Positions 29,801 to 42,122 of a stretch of 64,000 nucleotides of DNA are shown one piece after another. Each line of letters begins with the position of its first letter. Position 1 is the first letter of the stretch. Made by a program: the position numbers and the translations under genes. The notes beneath the pieces are model-generated. The model saw only the letters and a program-made list of their open reading frames with translations, was not told the origin of the DNA and searched no databases. The stretch covers positions 14,880,001-14,944,000 of the forward strand of contig NW_027361825.1 of the NCBI RefSeq assembly GCF_039654945.1, given 5' to 3'. This DNA comes from Dendrobates tinctorius (Eukaryota).

Positions 29801-32800
29801 ATTTTCAATCTCTGCCAAAGTTTTAATTCTCAAATCTTTGAAGTTAGAAAAGTTTATCTGAAAAGGAATAAGAAACAATAGATGCATGAGTAGACGCCGG
29901 ACACAACACATCCGACAACGGCTTCTATCGATGCTGCAAAACTACATCTGTGCCATTTACAGACTGTTGGAGCATGCTGTGAGTTGTAGTTTTGCAGTAT
30001 GCAGTGGGAAATAACTGGGGTACACAATCCGGATACTTACGGCAGGTTCTGATATTTTGCTTCCAAACATCGGATGGATAGTAAATGGGATCCCATCAAT
30101 GGCTAAAACACAAGAAGGTAAATGTGCGACTCTGGGAAAGACTTTACCATTCATTACATACAGACCGAAGTCTTACCAGATGCGCCGTAGACGTTGGCCT
30201 CGTATAGCGGGTGTTCAGACTGAGGCGATCTGGCATAGGGTTTAGGAGAAACTACCGGAGCCGGAAGGTGGACTGTGCTACAAAAAGGAACAGAAGAGAC
30301 GTTAGCGGTATGTAGGAGACCCGACCATACAGCTCATATTCCTGTGCCAAGCCACAAAGGGTCTACTGGTAGCCCATGAATGACCTTCCCGAGACCCTTC
30401 CAATTTACAAAACCCAATTTCAAACAAACCATTAGGCAAGTTGCAAAAAGTCAGTTGTTTTTTTTTTTACAACTTGTTTGTCTCTAGGGGGTCCCAATAT
30501 GACTCCATTCACTTGCATTTTGCTGTGATGATTTCAGTAGACGCTGTGTAATGCTTCATTTTCCCCAAAGTGTTGTTCTGAGGAACCGGAACACTTTCTG
30601 TCAGGGTTCCCGTAGATTACAGCTGATAACATAGGGGGTTGCAAGATGGAGGACATTTTGTGACCAGTTTATCAACAGAGCCTTCTAATAACAGGAGATG
30701 CTAGGGCACCCAAAGTTTATAGTAAAAATGCAAAGTGGTTAAATAAAAGCCCCAAATTGTATCATCATTATTTTTTATTTGGACAAACCCCTCCCCACAT
30801 CAACCCATAAAGGGTTATTCTCAAAAATCACAAGTTATCCTCTAAGCAAGGGAATACAATATAACTTGCTGAACTCTAGGAATCCAACTGCTTGGACACC
30901 AAGCAATCCTGAAATCAGGGTTCTCGATTTTAGGAAGAGGACTCTGCGGCAAGGCCAACATCGGGCTTAGGGTGATTGGAATTGGACGTCCTGAATAGAA
31001 GCAGAGGTGCTCATGCTCTGTCTCCACTCAATTCATGGTCTACGGAAGAAAAGGAAATATCGGAGTAACCTACTGAGCTACCTCTGGTAATTCAACTGAC
31101 AAAAGCAGTGGAGGTCGAGCACGCGCACCTCTCCTTCCAGTCAGGGTTCAAATCCTTGATCTCAGGACTGCTTAGGATCCCCGTGGTTGGACCCCGAGAA
31201 ATCAGGAAATTATCTCTTAAGAGTAGGACTTGTAATTTTGGGAATAACTTTTTAATAATTGGCAGATATGGTTGGGGTTAGTAGCTGGCACATTAATGGG
31301 CCTTCCGCATAAACATGTCACACTCTCTGTAGAAGCAGATATTTAGTGGGGACCCACCGTCAGTCTTCATGTGTGGTGTAAGGGAATATGGATGAAGGTT
31401 GACTACAGTAGATCACTTTTTTAATCTGTAATAACATCATATTCCTCTATATTGACCAGAAAATATCACTCAACCCAATTTTAATATTAAATTACCCAAA
31501 TTTCTAGAATTTCACAAGAGTTGGGAGAGAGCGGGTAGTGTAATGAACTTTGCTCATGATATTGCCATATTTTCTTGTTGCCTGGCAGTGTGCGGGCTGT
31601 ACTTACGTAGTCGTGGCTGGGATGCCGTTATCTAAAGAAAGTCCTCGGACGCCGGATGTGATGTTGCGTGGTTTAGGAGTGGGTTTCGGGATGGAAACAG
31701 GAACCTTCTTGCACCATAAAGCCAGGCCACTCATATCACTGGAGTGACAACAAGAACAGAGCCGTAAGGCGAGATGCACGGATAATACGACAATAACACT
31801 ACAAGTGACAATGTACAAACACTTATAGATTATGTATCTCTGCTAGACCCAAGAAAATGTCATGTCTTCTTTCTTTTCATGCATTTACTCCATGCAGTCA
31901 TTGCATTTCGTCCTGTGCCTCTGCTCCAGCAATATTGATTTTACTTCCCTGCAGGGAGCTGGACCAAAACCACAGAAGAGCTCCGGTTTCCGCTACTTTA
32001 CGTTGGTAGTTAAAACAAGTAAATAAAAGCTCTGAACAGGTGTCAGATTGCTGGTTGGCGCATACGCAGAAGAGAGCAGCCAGGCTGGACAAGAGGATCC
32101 ACTTCTCGATGACATATGTGATATCATGACCATTTAATACAGAATGAAAAATAAAAGGATAGAAGAGGTGTCGATACGTGACCAGAATGACTAGAATCAA
32201 GAGGATGGTCACATGCCAAAAATTTCTATCTCCCGAATGGAGCTGAATCAGAACAGTGAGCGTAAGACACAGTATAATTCTGCAAGTCAGGGCAGACGTC
32301 AGTGCTGTGAATAGTCCCAGGAAAAGCCATTTAATCCACACAACCCTCAAAGGTTTCTGATCTTATGGCAAAAATATAGATTACTTTCAAACTCTTCAGA
32401 CAGATCCGACCGCATAGTAGGATATTCCTTTCTAAAAATTTGGTGCCAGGAACAGTTCAAGGAGGGAGTGAAATAAATCTTGACAGAAAATGAACTCTGA
32501 AAGAAATAATATGGCTGACAAGGAGATGCTCAATAGTTACTTCCTGGCCTAAAAATGTCTGCACGCTTGAGAGAAAACATTTACATAGCTAGCACACATT
32601 GGGATTTGGGGAGATTTCTATAAAAACTTTGGTACTTACCCGATGCGAATATATGGCGGGCCGAGATTTTTGCTCTTCACCGTCACTTTAATGTCAGAGA
32701 CAGCAGAGTCCGCCGTGGTCACAGGACTCAGTTTAACACAAAGACGCTTCTTCTTTGGCACGGTTACCTCTGTGCAGACAAGGAGCCTTAGTCAGAATAA

Positions 32801-35800
32801 GCTGCATTGGCCAATTGCCGCCCACTGCCCTAGAGGTCAACTACCGACTAACAAACCTTGACACATTACCTAAAGGAGTATTCTGAAGTTGTCTCCTGAG
32901 CAGCTCAGAGCTCTGCAGTCTCCTTACAGTGTCCTTAAAGTCTCCTCACTTCCTAGACTCTGGCAGAGTGAGCACTCATCCTCCGTGATCACTCAGTTAT
33001 GGTAAACGACAGCTGTAGTATTAGTAGAACCACAAAGCTCAGCACAAGTTTTGCTGGAACACATTTAGCTATCAGGACTGTGAAAGCTGTGATTAAAACT
33101 GCTCTGAAAGCTGACATTGGTGGAGGCTGGTGATTTTGAAGATCGTCATGAGCTGAAAGAGAGTTAAGCAGCTAACTGCTGTATAGAAATGAATGTGATG
33201 GAGACAGCTGTCTGGAATGTTAAGCGTTAACCTCTCTCCTGGAGTATACAGTAACTACTGCACGCTGGTGGCCAGATCTGGGCAGGCAGTAGAGGCCGAG
33301 CTCCATAGAAACCAGCTGTACACTATGAAAGATAAAAGATCTCAGAATGATAGCAAACAGAAAAAGCAAGTCAATTGTAAACTTGCTTATTTCCATTTTA
33401 ACTATAGCAATTTAATAACTTCATAATACCCTTTAAGACAACCGAGAGTCTTCAAAAGGAAAAGACTTCCATCTACTGTATTTTCCTTTGAAAGAAAACT
33501 CTGATTTTGTTAAATATCTAAAGTCATATGGGAAGATTCGATAAAAGGTCAAACAATGATAGGGCAGCTACTTCTAACAGGAGGCACTAGAGCTGTCTGT
33601 CTTTCGCCTGGCAGAGCATTTATGTATATACTTTTTTTCTTCAGTAAGCATTTCCTGATGTACAAGTCTGCTAATGCCATCTATGTTGCTACTGCGCTGC
33701 ACCCACACCAGAGTCCTGCAAACTTTCTTGGTTGTCACAATGCCGGCATCCTGCTCATCAGGGCTGTGGAGTCGGAGTTATGGAAATGGAGGAGTCGGAG
33801 GTTTGGCTTACCGACTCCACACCCCTGGAAGGGCTGTGGAGTCAGAGTCGTGGAGTCGGAGCCCATTTTGGTGGAGTCGGTGTCATGGAAATTGAGGAGT
33901 CAGAGGTTTGGCTCACCGAGTCCACACCCCGGCTGCTCATCTTTGGTTATTATAAGGTGCCTCTGATATAAAAATGTTGCATAACACCTAGGTACCAGGT
34001 CTCACCAGGCGTGTCCTGGAGGAGGGCCTTTTAAAACCCCAGAGGTGACGCAGGACCCTGGTGTCCAATGTGGACACTGGACTAGAGTCCTACAAATCTT
34101 TTTGCCAAATAGCACCTGATGTAACGTAAAACATGGATTTTTGTGATAACTCTCCGTGAAATCCTTTTCTCTGAGACGCTCATTGGAGGACACAGGTACT
34201 GTGGGTGTATGCTACTGCCGCCTGGAGGCTGACACTAAGTGGGAAAAAAAAAAAAAAAAAAAAAAAGGAGGTTAGCTCCTCCTCCGCCGTATACACTCTC
34301 GCCCCGATTGCGGGCAGAAACCAGTTTGGTGCAAAAGCGGTAGGAGATCAAATCAAAATCAGACAACATCAACCTTAATGCAGGTAACAACATGTCTAGA
34401 AAATAACCACCCTAATCTCATACAGAGAGCATATTAATTAAATAAACAGAAGCCAACTTGGCTAACAGGGTGGGTGCTGTGTCCCCCAATGAGCGTCTCG
34501 GAGAAAAGGATTTTACGGTGAGTTATCACAAAAATCCATGTTTCTCCTTCGCCTCATTGGGGGGACACAGGTACTGTGGGACATTCTAAAGCAGTCCCTG
34601 GGTCGGAAGTTGACTCACCAATCCAAGCTACATGCACCTCCTGTCTAAAGGTGCGCCACCGCTGCTTGGAGAATTCTTCTACCCAGGCTCGCATCCGCTG
34701 AAGCGCGAGTATGGATATTGTAATGTTTAGTAAACGTGTGCAGGCTGGACCAGGTTGCTGCCTTGCAAACCTGTTCCGTCGAAGCCTGGTGCCGAAGCGC
34801 CCAAGAGGCGCCCACTGCCCGAATAGAGTGTGCTCTGATCCCTGCTGGAATCGGCGCACCTCTGATGCGGTAGAACTCCTGAATAGCCAAACGAATCCAT
34901 CTGGCTATAGTTGAATTTGAAGCAGCGAGTCCCTTCCTACGACCTTCAGGGTGCACGAACAGCACGTCTGACTGACGAAAGGGTGCCGTCCGCGACACGT
35001 ACCTCATGAGTGCTCTCACCAGGTCTAACGTATGCAGGGCCTTCTCCACACGGTGTACCGGTGCTGGACAGAAAGAGGGCAAGACAATATCCTCATTAAT
35101 GTGCAACGAGGACACGACTTTTGGCAAAAAAGGAGGAGCTGGTCTAAGAACCACCTCGTCTTTGTGAAAGGTCAGAAATGGGGCTCGGCATGATAACGCT
35201 GCCAGCTCAGACACCTGCCTGATTGATGTTATAGCTACCAGGAACACCACCTTCCAGGAAAGGTATAACAAAGAGACATCCTGTAGCGGCTCAAATGGAG
35301 CTTCCTGCAGAACACTTAGGACCAGGTTAAGGTCCCAGGCGTCCATAGGTGCCTTATAGGGAGGTACCAAGTGGGAGACCCCCCTGGATGAAAAAGTCTT
35401 TACCAGCAAGTTGGTTGCAATCCTGCGCTGAAAAAAAGGACGGGTAAAGCCGATATCTGTCTCCTGAGAGAACTGGGGGCCAAGCCTGAGTCTAGGCCAG
35501 ACTGGCAAAAAGCCAAGATATTAGGGATGGAGAATCTCAGTGGAGAACTACCGTGGTCCCGACACCATGAGAAGAAAACCTTCCAGGTGTGGTGGTAAAT
35601 TCGTGCTGAGGCAGGCTTCCGGGCGCTAACAATCGTAGCAACCACTTTGCGCCCAAACCCCGCCTGCGTCAGAATCCAAGATTCAACAGCCAAGCTGTCA
35701 AACACAGGGCCCCCGAGTTCAGGTGGCAGATCAGCCCTTGAGAAAGTAGATCTGGGCGCTCTGGCAGTCGCCATAGCACGGCGACGAGTAGCTGCACTAG

Positions 35801-37893
35801 CTCTGCGTACCATGCTCGACGAGGCCAGCAGAATCACTGGCACCCCTTCTGCCTTGATCTTCTTGATGACCCTCGGAAGTAGTGGCAGCGGGGGAAATAG
35901 GTATGGGAGGCGAAACTGATTCCATGGCAGAACCAGCGCATCCACGGCGATTGCCTGCGGGTCCCGGGACCGAGCGACAAATACGGACACCTTGGCGTTC
36001 ACCCTGGAGGCCATCAGATCCACATCCAGTGTTCCCCACCGTTGGCAAATCTGCTGAAAGACCTCTGGGTGTAGTGACCATTCTCCGGACGCAAGCCCCT
36101 GCCGGCTGAAGAAGTCTGGCGCCCAGTTCTCTACCCCCGGGATGTGGTTGCCCCCTTGGTGATTTATGTAAGCCACCGCCGTGGCGTTGTCCGACTGAAT
36201 CCGGACGGGGCGGCCTGCTAGAAGGTGATGAAACCATTGCAGAGTCAGCCGGATTGCTCGTATCTCCAACAAGTTGATTGGGAAGCGTGCCTCCTGCAGG
36301 GACCACCGTCCTTGGGTCATGTGGTGGCGAAAAATCACTCCCCAGCCGAGGAGGCTGGCATCTGTTGTGACCACCAGCCACTGATCTGGGGGAAAGGGTT
36401 TCTCCTGAAGAAGGGAGGAACTGATCGTCCACCACTCTAGTGACTGTCTGACCTGAGAGGCCAACCGGCACCGATGATCGAGCGTGAACGGGTTCTTGTC
36501 CTCGGATGACAAGAGGGTGTGCTGCAGGGGGCGAAGATGGAACTGGGCGAACGGGATCGCTTCCATCACCGCCAACATTTTTCCTAGTATTCTCATGCAG
36601 AAACGGATGGTGTGGGGGACTGGTTGGCGCAGTACCCGCACTCCCTGCCGGAGGGCTAGGGCCTTGTCTCGAGGGAGAATTACCAACCCTCGGCAAGTGT
36701 CGAAGGTCATCCCTAAAAAGGAAATTCTCTGAGCTGGAACAAGGGATGACTTCTTTACACTGACCAACCACCCTAAGCGGGCAAGAGTATCTAGTGTGAT
36801 GCAGACACTTTTCTCGCATGCCCGCCCTGAAGGGCCCTTGACCAAGTGGTCGTCTAAGTTGGGGAGCACGACTATGCCCCGGGAATGCAGGATGGCCATG
36901 GGGACTGCCATGACCTTTGTGAACACTCTGGGGGCAGTGGCTTGCCCGAAGGGCAGCGCTGCAAACTGAAAATGTAAACCGTTGATGGCGAAGCGTAGAA
37001 ACCTTTCATGAGGAGCGAAAATGGGGATATGTAGAAAGGCGTCCTGAATTTCTCCCTGCCCCATTGCCGATATGACTGAACGGAGAGACTCCATCCGGAA
37101 ATGTCTGATCCTGATAAATTTGTTCGGGAGCTTTAGATCCAAAACGGGCCTGACAGTCCCGTCCTTTTTGGGGACTGCAAACAGATTGGAATAGAAGCCC
37201 TGAGTCTTCTCGTTTTCCGGCACTGGAATGATGACTCCGTTGTGGCCGAGCGAATCGATGGCTCCTAGTAGAGCCTTTGCCCGGGTATCCATTTTGGGAA
37301 GACGGGAAAGAAAAAAATTGTCTTGGGGGGTGGGGGATACCTGAAAAATTCCAACTTGTACTTTGTGGACACCAGCTCTCTCACCCATGTGTCGTGTGCG
37401 ACATTGAGCCAGGCGTGGTGAAACCGGAGTAGGAGGCCGCCTACCTTGCTGGTGCCGCCTGACAAATGCCCAGAGTCATTTGGCTGAAGATCTTTGGGAC
37501 CTGGATCCCCTCGACCTGGACTGGTTAGTACACATCCTCCCCAATGGGTTGGCTCTATATGAGACCTGTCGGTCCCCATTCTGGCTGGGGCACCCTGACA
37601 CGGCGGAATTAGCCGCCGTAGTCCACCCAGGGTTGTGAAAGGCTTGAAAACGCGCCAGAAACTGGTGACGAAATGGCGGTTTGACCTTTTGTTGAGGAAG
37701 AAAACCGCTCTTCCTGTGGAGTCGGAGATGAGCTGATCTAACTTCTCTCCGAACAGGCGGCCAGACTGGTATGGTTAGGGCAGCACGGTGGCTCAGTGGT
37801 TAGCGCTGCAGCCTTGCAGCGCTGGGGTCCTGGGTTCGAATCCCACCAAGGACAACATCTGCAAGGAGTTTGTATGTTCTCCCCGTGTTGCGT

Positions 37894-37924
<31 letters not shown>

Positions 37925-40900
37925 ACACTCCAAAGACATACTGATAGGGAATTTAGATTGTGAGCCCCATCGGGGACAGTGATGAAAATGTGTGCAAACT
38001 GTAAAGCGCTGCGGAATATGTTAGCGCTATATAAAAAATAAAGATTATTATATAAAGATTATGGTAGCGATGTCAAGGACTTTTTTTAAGCTGAATCGGC
38101 CCGCCATGTCCTCAACCATAGAGCTCTCCTAATGGATATTGCATTTGCAGCAGCAAATGCCGCGCAGTTGGCCGCATCTAAAGACGCATTGATCAAGTAG
38201 TCCCCCGCCATGGCTATCTGATTTGTGATTTCTGAGTCTATGTCTTGCAAGGCTCTAGTCAATGATTCTGACCAAGAGACCATGGCCTTGGCTACCCATG
38301 CTGCTGCGAACGAGGGAGAGAGTGCTGATCCTGATGCCTCAAACACTGAGTGAGCCAATTTCTCTATGAGACGATCAGTGGGATCCTTAATAGAAGAACC
38401 ACTAGGTACGGATACTAGACTTTTTGTAGCCAAGCGCGACACAGGTGGATCTGCCGTTGCGGATTCCGTCCACTTTTTACGGAGATCCAGGGCAAAAGGA
38501 TACTTCGCCTCGAGCGTCTTCTGGCCCGAGAAACGCCTGTCCGGCCGTTCTCTGTGTCATTGCACTATGTCCTCAAATTCAGGGTGAGTGCAAAAATACT
38601 CTATGGGGACGCTTGACTCGCTTAAATGACACCTTATGGCCCCAAGCCAGAATGGAATCATCCTCAATCCCCACAGTCTGATTGACGGTCTCTACGAGAC
38701 TGTCAACTGTTTCCTGACCACCCGACGTAACTAGGTCAAGGGGCACGTCCGAGTTGTAGTCCAAGCCTTGCTCGCTATCACTGCTGGTGACGGAGAGCGA
38801 GAAGCAGAGCTCACGGATGCGGAGGCACCGGGAGACGCCTTGTGGGTTTGTTTCCCCCGGGTCTGCCTGGAGTGAGAGCGGCCACTGCAGGCCGGAGGCT
38901 CCTGTGAGGTAGAGAACCCCTCTAAGACAGGAGAGCCACTTTCCCTGCCCCTAACTGGGACCCAAAGGGACTCAATTGCTCTCGTAAGTGACGCCATACA
39001 TTGTGACAGTGATAACGCCAATTACGGGGGACTTGGTATCCTGGGCTCGGTCGCAGGGGAGGGCTCCTGAGCGCGTTCTGACTCGCAGGCTTTGCATACT
39101 CGCTTTGTCTGCGCCCGTGGAAAAATGGACCGACAGGAGATGCATGCAGCGTATAAGAACGCATGCGTCTTAGGTTTTCCTGACACGCTGTACCTGTCAG
39201 GCATTCGCGCTGAAAAAAACGCCAGGGGAGGGCGCTCTTTGCTTCTGTTAGCGTGGCCTCTCTGTGGGGCTAGGGGGGCAGCACTTACCCCAGTCCTGTT
39301 CCCTCAGCGTGCGAGGCTTCGCTTCAATCTGTGCGTCAGCACTGCGGGCAGGCCCCCGGACGGTACTTCCTTTTGCAGCCTAAGTTTCTTTGGCGTCCGC
39401 CCAGGCCACAGGGGGCGGGGCCGCAGTGACACCGGGGACTCGATTTTTAATATATGGGGGGGCTGGAGTTCGGGCGGAACCGCCGGACTCCAGAATCAAG
39501 GCCGGGACCGGATCCACCGCTGCTGGACACCCGTCTCTGCTGCTGCCCGGGAGAAGCTAAGGGCTCCAGCCCTGCGCTGCTACAGGAGCCCTCCCTGGCC
39601 ATCCACCTCCGTCCAGCTCAGGTAGAGGGGAGGGGGGCCATATGAAACAAGGACGATGCAGGCACCCTAGCACCATCTAACCCCTTCAAGGGGTGAGGAG
39701 AGGGACCGTCCGCCACCTTGCCCCACCGCAGTCTTAGCATTGGTGGGGCAGTGGGGGCCGCACGGACTACGCTTGTGCCTCTGTGCAGCCTCGAGTTTCA
39801 ATACCCTGGGGTGAACAGGGCTAAGTCCGGCATCATGTCCCACAGTGCTGGAGAGGATACGTGGAGGGACACTTGCACGTGCTCGCCCGTTGTTGGTTTG
39901 GGGAGATCGGACCCCTTTAATAGGATCCATCGCCCCTGTCTTATCTTCATGGGGGAAAAAAGAGGAAAAAAAAAAGATCAGTCTTGAGACAGACCGACGT
40001 GTGCCTCCAACAGACACTAAGCAAAAAACTGGTTTCCGCCTGCAATCGGGGTGAGGGTGTATACGGTGGAGGAGTAGCTAACCCGTTTTTTTTTTTTCAC
40101 TTAGTGTCAGCCTCCAGGCGGCAGTAGCATACACCCCACAGTACCTGTGCCCCCAATGAGGCGAAGTGGAAAAGGATACACGTCACTCCGTAACTGTGGG
40201 TGCATGGTAACGGAACCACCCTGTATTGGTCAAGAGAAAAAGATCCAGCACTCCTTATGTTCCAGAAGTGACAAATCTGTAATGTTGAATTCCAGAAAAG
40301 TAACGTTTCAGTCTACGTTAGACCTTAATGAGATGGAAGCTTCTCTGTGGGGTGTCCGTGCATGCCTGTTCGACATTGCCATGTAGATATGAACATTTGG
40401 ATTGTGCGCTATGCGAAACAGGTGTGCACAGACACCCCAGGGAGAAGCTCCTATCTGATGAAGAAGATCTACTGTAGACTGAAAGTTATTCTTCTGGATT
40501 GCACTATTAAAAATTTGTCTCTTCTACACCATAAGGCGTACAGGATATTTTTCTCTTGTCTGCCACGTGATGGAACTTATACCCAAATTCACTGGTTTAT
40601 GGTTTATTATAGTGAGGACACACAATAGATGCATTTACTAATATGCAATTGTCATACAATTCTACATTTCTCACCGACATGACTTGGTTAAGACTTCACA
40701 TACTGGCTCCAGGAAGGATAGAGAAGACTAAAGATCCATTTACACTGCACAATTATCATAGACAAGAGCTCCCAGGATTGCTTAATAATGGTTTACTAGT
40801 GATGAGCGAACATGCTCGGATAAGTTGTTATATGAGCATGCTCTGGTGCTAACAGAGTGTCTTCGGCGTGTATGAAAAATATTCGAGTCATCGTGGCTGT

Positions 40901-42122
40901 TAGGCAATCCCTGCATGTGTTGAACAGCCGCGAGACATGCAGCCACGGGGACTGGATCCTATTTTTTGAGCACGCCGAAGACATTTGGTTAGCACATGAG
41001 CATGCTCAGATAACACCTAATCAGAGCATGTTCGCTAATCACTATTGTTTGTACTAACCAGTTCATGATCACAAGAGAAACTAGCAAAAACAAAAAAAAT
41101 GCTCAGTTGTGGAATTAAATGATATTTTAGTTTGCACAAAAGATCAATGTTCTCGGCAGCACATGATCTTGTGTAAACAGGACCTGCGCTGCCAAGACCA
41201 ACTGCAGCCTTTGTGCACTGAGCTATCTATTACAGTTTGTTCAGTGCAAATCTGAAGCACGGTCTATCTGTACAGCAAGCTGTCAAACAACCGCCGATAA
41301 GGGGTTATTAAATGCAGAGCGGCCAATGTAGATGAACCATCAGGTTGAAGTCACAGCATTGTGTTATACACTTACTAGGCTCCACATATTCCCCAAGATA
41401 AGCAAACCCGACCGGCAGCGCGCTCTTTTCTCCCAGTAGCAGGACCTCGGTGATCACTTGATCTACAGTCTGTGGATGCTAGAAGACATAAGAAAAGTGG
41501 ACACATTGAGGCAACTGTAGGAGCCACCGACCCGAAACCCGGATGTCAGCTGGGGAGCGTAGTCCCTCTCTGCTCTAGATAATAGATGAAGACCGCGAGT
41601 AAACCAAGTTTTCAAAACCAGACATCTATTAAGGAAACACTGGTTTGAAACCGTACTCCTTTAATTATGGCAAGGGAACGTACATAGAGATAAGTGGCTA
41701 CCATTATACAAGGAGCTGCTGATTTACAAGAGTCACGACCATCTCTTATATGGGGTATGAATATATTTACATCACCTGGGAATGTCTAGCTGTCGTGATG
41801 TCCTCCATTACCTGCCAACTACGCAAGCACTGACTTGTTAACATGTATACGTCTAAATAACAGACATCTCTTACTTCAGGGGAGGAGCAGTAACATAGGT
41901 AAAGAGCAGACTTCTGAGCAAAGCCCTTCAGAAAGCTAGCCGAGGTCCCTTCGATGGTGGATGTGATCTACAATAAAAGGCACAAAAACAAAATGGTAAC
42001 TTCAGATTATAAAACATTAAGATCAATCAATCCCAACAACTTACTATGAAGTGGCCTTTAGGGCACGTTGACTGACCAGAAGTCCATGCTAAACTGGTCA
42101 GAGGTTTGAAGTTTTCCTCCAT
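23832..42122 (-). CDS. MVB12A: Multivesicular body subunit 12A (ESCRT-I; MABP and UMA domains), 267 aa, 9 coding exons: 42122-42045, 41967-41875, 41478-41376, 32769-32640, 31738-31607, 30277-30177, 30102-30041, 29857-29798, 23876-23832
   Basis: All introns are GT-AG with matching phases. The peptides PLTSLAW, FAQKSALYLC, KKKRLCVKL, YIRIGDMSGLALWCKK, AIDGIPFTIHPMF and LRIKTLAEIENEYDYGFVVER are collinear with mammalian MVB12A as I recall it. Confidence 0.93.
23958..29151. mobile_element. Large non-autonomous TTAA-targeting element (piggyBac-like CCCCTT...AAGGGG ends) carrying tandem repeats of about 370-390 bp; spans an assembly gap
   Basis: TTAA|CCCCTT at 23954-23963 and AAGGGG|TTAA at 29146-29155; no transposase ORF. 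Continuity across the N gap (27552-27686) is assumed. Confidence 0.65.
24480..27551. repeat. Tandem array of about 370-390 bp units; the 25600-27100 copies are nearly identical
   Basis: Recurring GGAACTTATCTAGATGTGTGGTGAG at about 25240, 25613, 26002, 26392, 26782 and 27171. Confidence 0.9.
29798..29857 (-). CDS. MVB12A: MVB12A coding exon 8 (INFSNFKDLRIKTLAEIENE)
   Basis: AG/GT boundaries, phase 0-0, UMA domain motif. Confidence 0.9.
30041..30102 (-). CDS. MVB12A: MVB12A coding exon 7 (AIDGIPFTIHPMFGSKISEPA)
   Basis: AG/GTAAGT boundaries; DGIPF motif. Confidence 0.9.
30177..30277 (-). CDS. MVB12A: MVB12A coding exon 6 (TVHLPAPVVSPKPYARSPQSEHPLYEANVYGAS)
   Basis: AG/GTAAGA boundaries; phases fit neighbouring exons. 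Confidence 0.88.
31607..31738 (-). CDS. MVB12A: MVB12A coding exon 5 (DMSGLALWCKKVPVSIPKPTPKPR...GLSLD)
   Basis: AG/GTAAGT boundaries; PxPxPR motif. Confidence 0.9.
32640..32769 (-). CDS. MVB12A: MVB12A coding exon 4 (VTVPKKKRLCVKL...PPYIRIG)
   Basis: AG/GTAAGT boundaries; MABP motif. Confidence 0.9.
33759..33932. mobile_element. Short hAT-type MITE pieces
   Basis: CAGGGCTGTGGAGTCGG...CCGACTCCACACCCCTG termini with repeated GGAGTCGG subterminal motifs; duplicated unit. Confidence 0.55.
34645..35508 (-). pseudogene. DIRS tyrosine recombinase, C-terminal part (frameshifted from its N-terminus)
   Basis: WDLNLVL, AITSIRQVSEL, RAHSIRAVGASWA and ATWSSLHTFTKHY motifs. Confidence 0.85.
35400..37388 (-). 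pseudogene. DIRS reverse transcriptase / RNase H / adenine-MTase-like ORF, defective
   Basis: FYSNLFAVPKKDG, LPFGQATAPRVF, NLDD (YLDD altered), TTDASLLGWG, SDNATAVAYIN, DLMAS and PYLFPP motifs. The segment holding the first RT Asp appears deleted (GQGE-IQDAFLH). Confidence 0.85.
37778..38059 (+). mobile_element. tRNA-derived V-SINE with L2-type tail, inserted in the DIRS gag region
   Basis: A box TGGCTCAGTGG, B box GGTTCGAATCC, V-domain GGAGTTTGTATGTTCTCCCCGTG...CTCCGGTTTCCTCCCACA, GTAAAGCGCTGCGGAATATG tail, and TATGGT flanking repeat. Confidence 0.85.
40797..41044. mobile_element. Palindromic hAT-like MITE
   Basis: TAGTGATGAGCGAACATGCTC...GAGCATGTTCGCTAATCACTA ends. Confidence 0.7.
41376..41478 (-). 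CDS. MVB12A: MVB12A coding exon 3 (HPQTVDQVITEVLLLGEKSALPVGFAYLGEYVEP)
   Basis: AG/GTAAGT boundaries; LPxGF MABP motif. Confidence 0.9.
41875..41967 (-). CDS. MVB12A: MVB12A coding exon 2 (ITSTIEGTSASFLKGFAQKSALYLCYCSSPE)
   Basis: AG/GTAAGA boundaries, phase 0-0. Confidence 0.9.
42045..42122 (-). CDS. MVB12A: MVB12A first coding exon (MEENFKPLTSLAWTSGQSTCPKGHFI)
   Basis: ATG in ACTATGG context; the exon starts at 42146 after a ttttAG acceptor; GTAAGT donor. Confidence 0.88.

Larger units (their letters stand above)
34128..40172 (-). mobile_element. Full-length but defective DIRS1-like tyrosine-recombinase retrotransposon in MVB12A intron 3
   Basis: Inverted terminal repeats (about 34180-34330 versus 40030-40160) and an internal complementary region (about 34480-34580). 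Gag-like, RT-RNaseH-MTase and YR ORFs lie on the minus strand. Confidence 0.9.

Noticed and set aside
35797-36819. 340-aa alternative-frame ORF in DIRS
   Set aside because: Overlapping frame typical of the region upstream of the DIRS YR ORF; no independent domain recognised.
37778-37850. tRNA-like sequence with A and B boxes
   Set aside because: It is the head of a V-SINE, continuing into the V-domain and an L2-type tail; not a tRNA gene.
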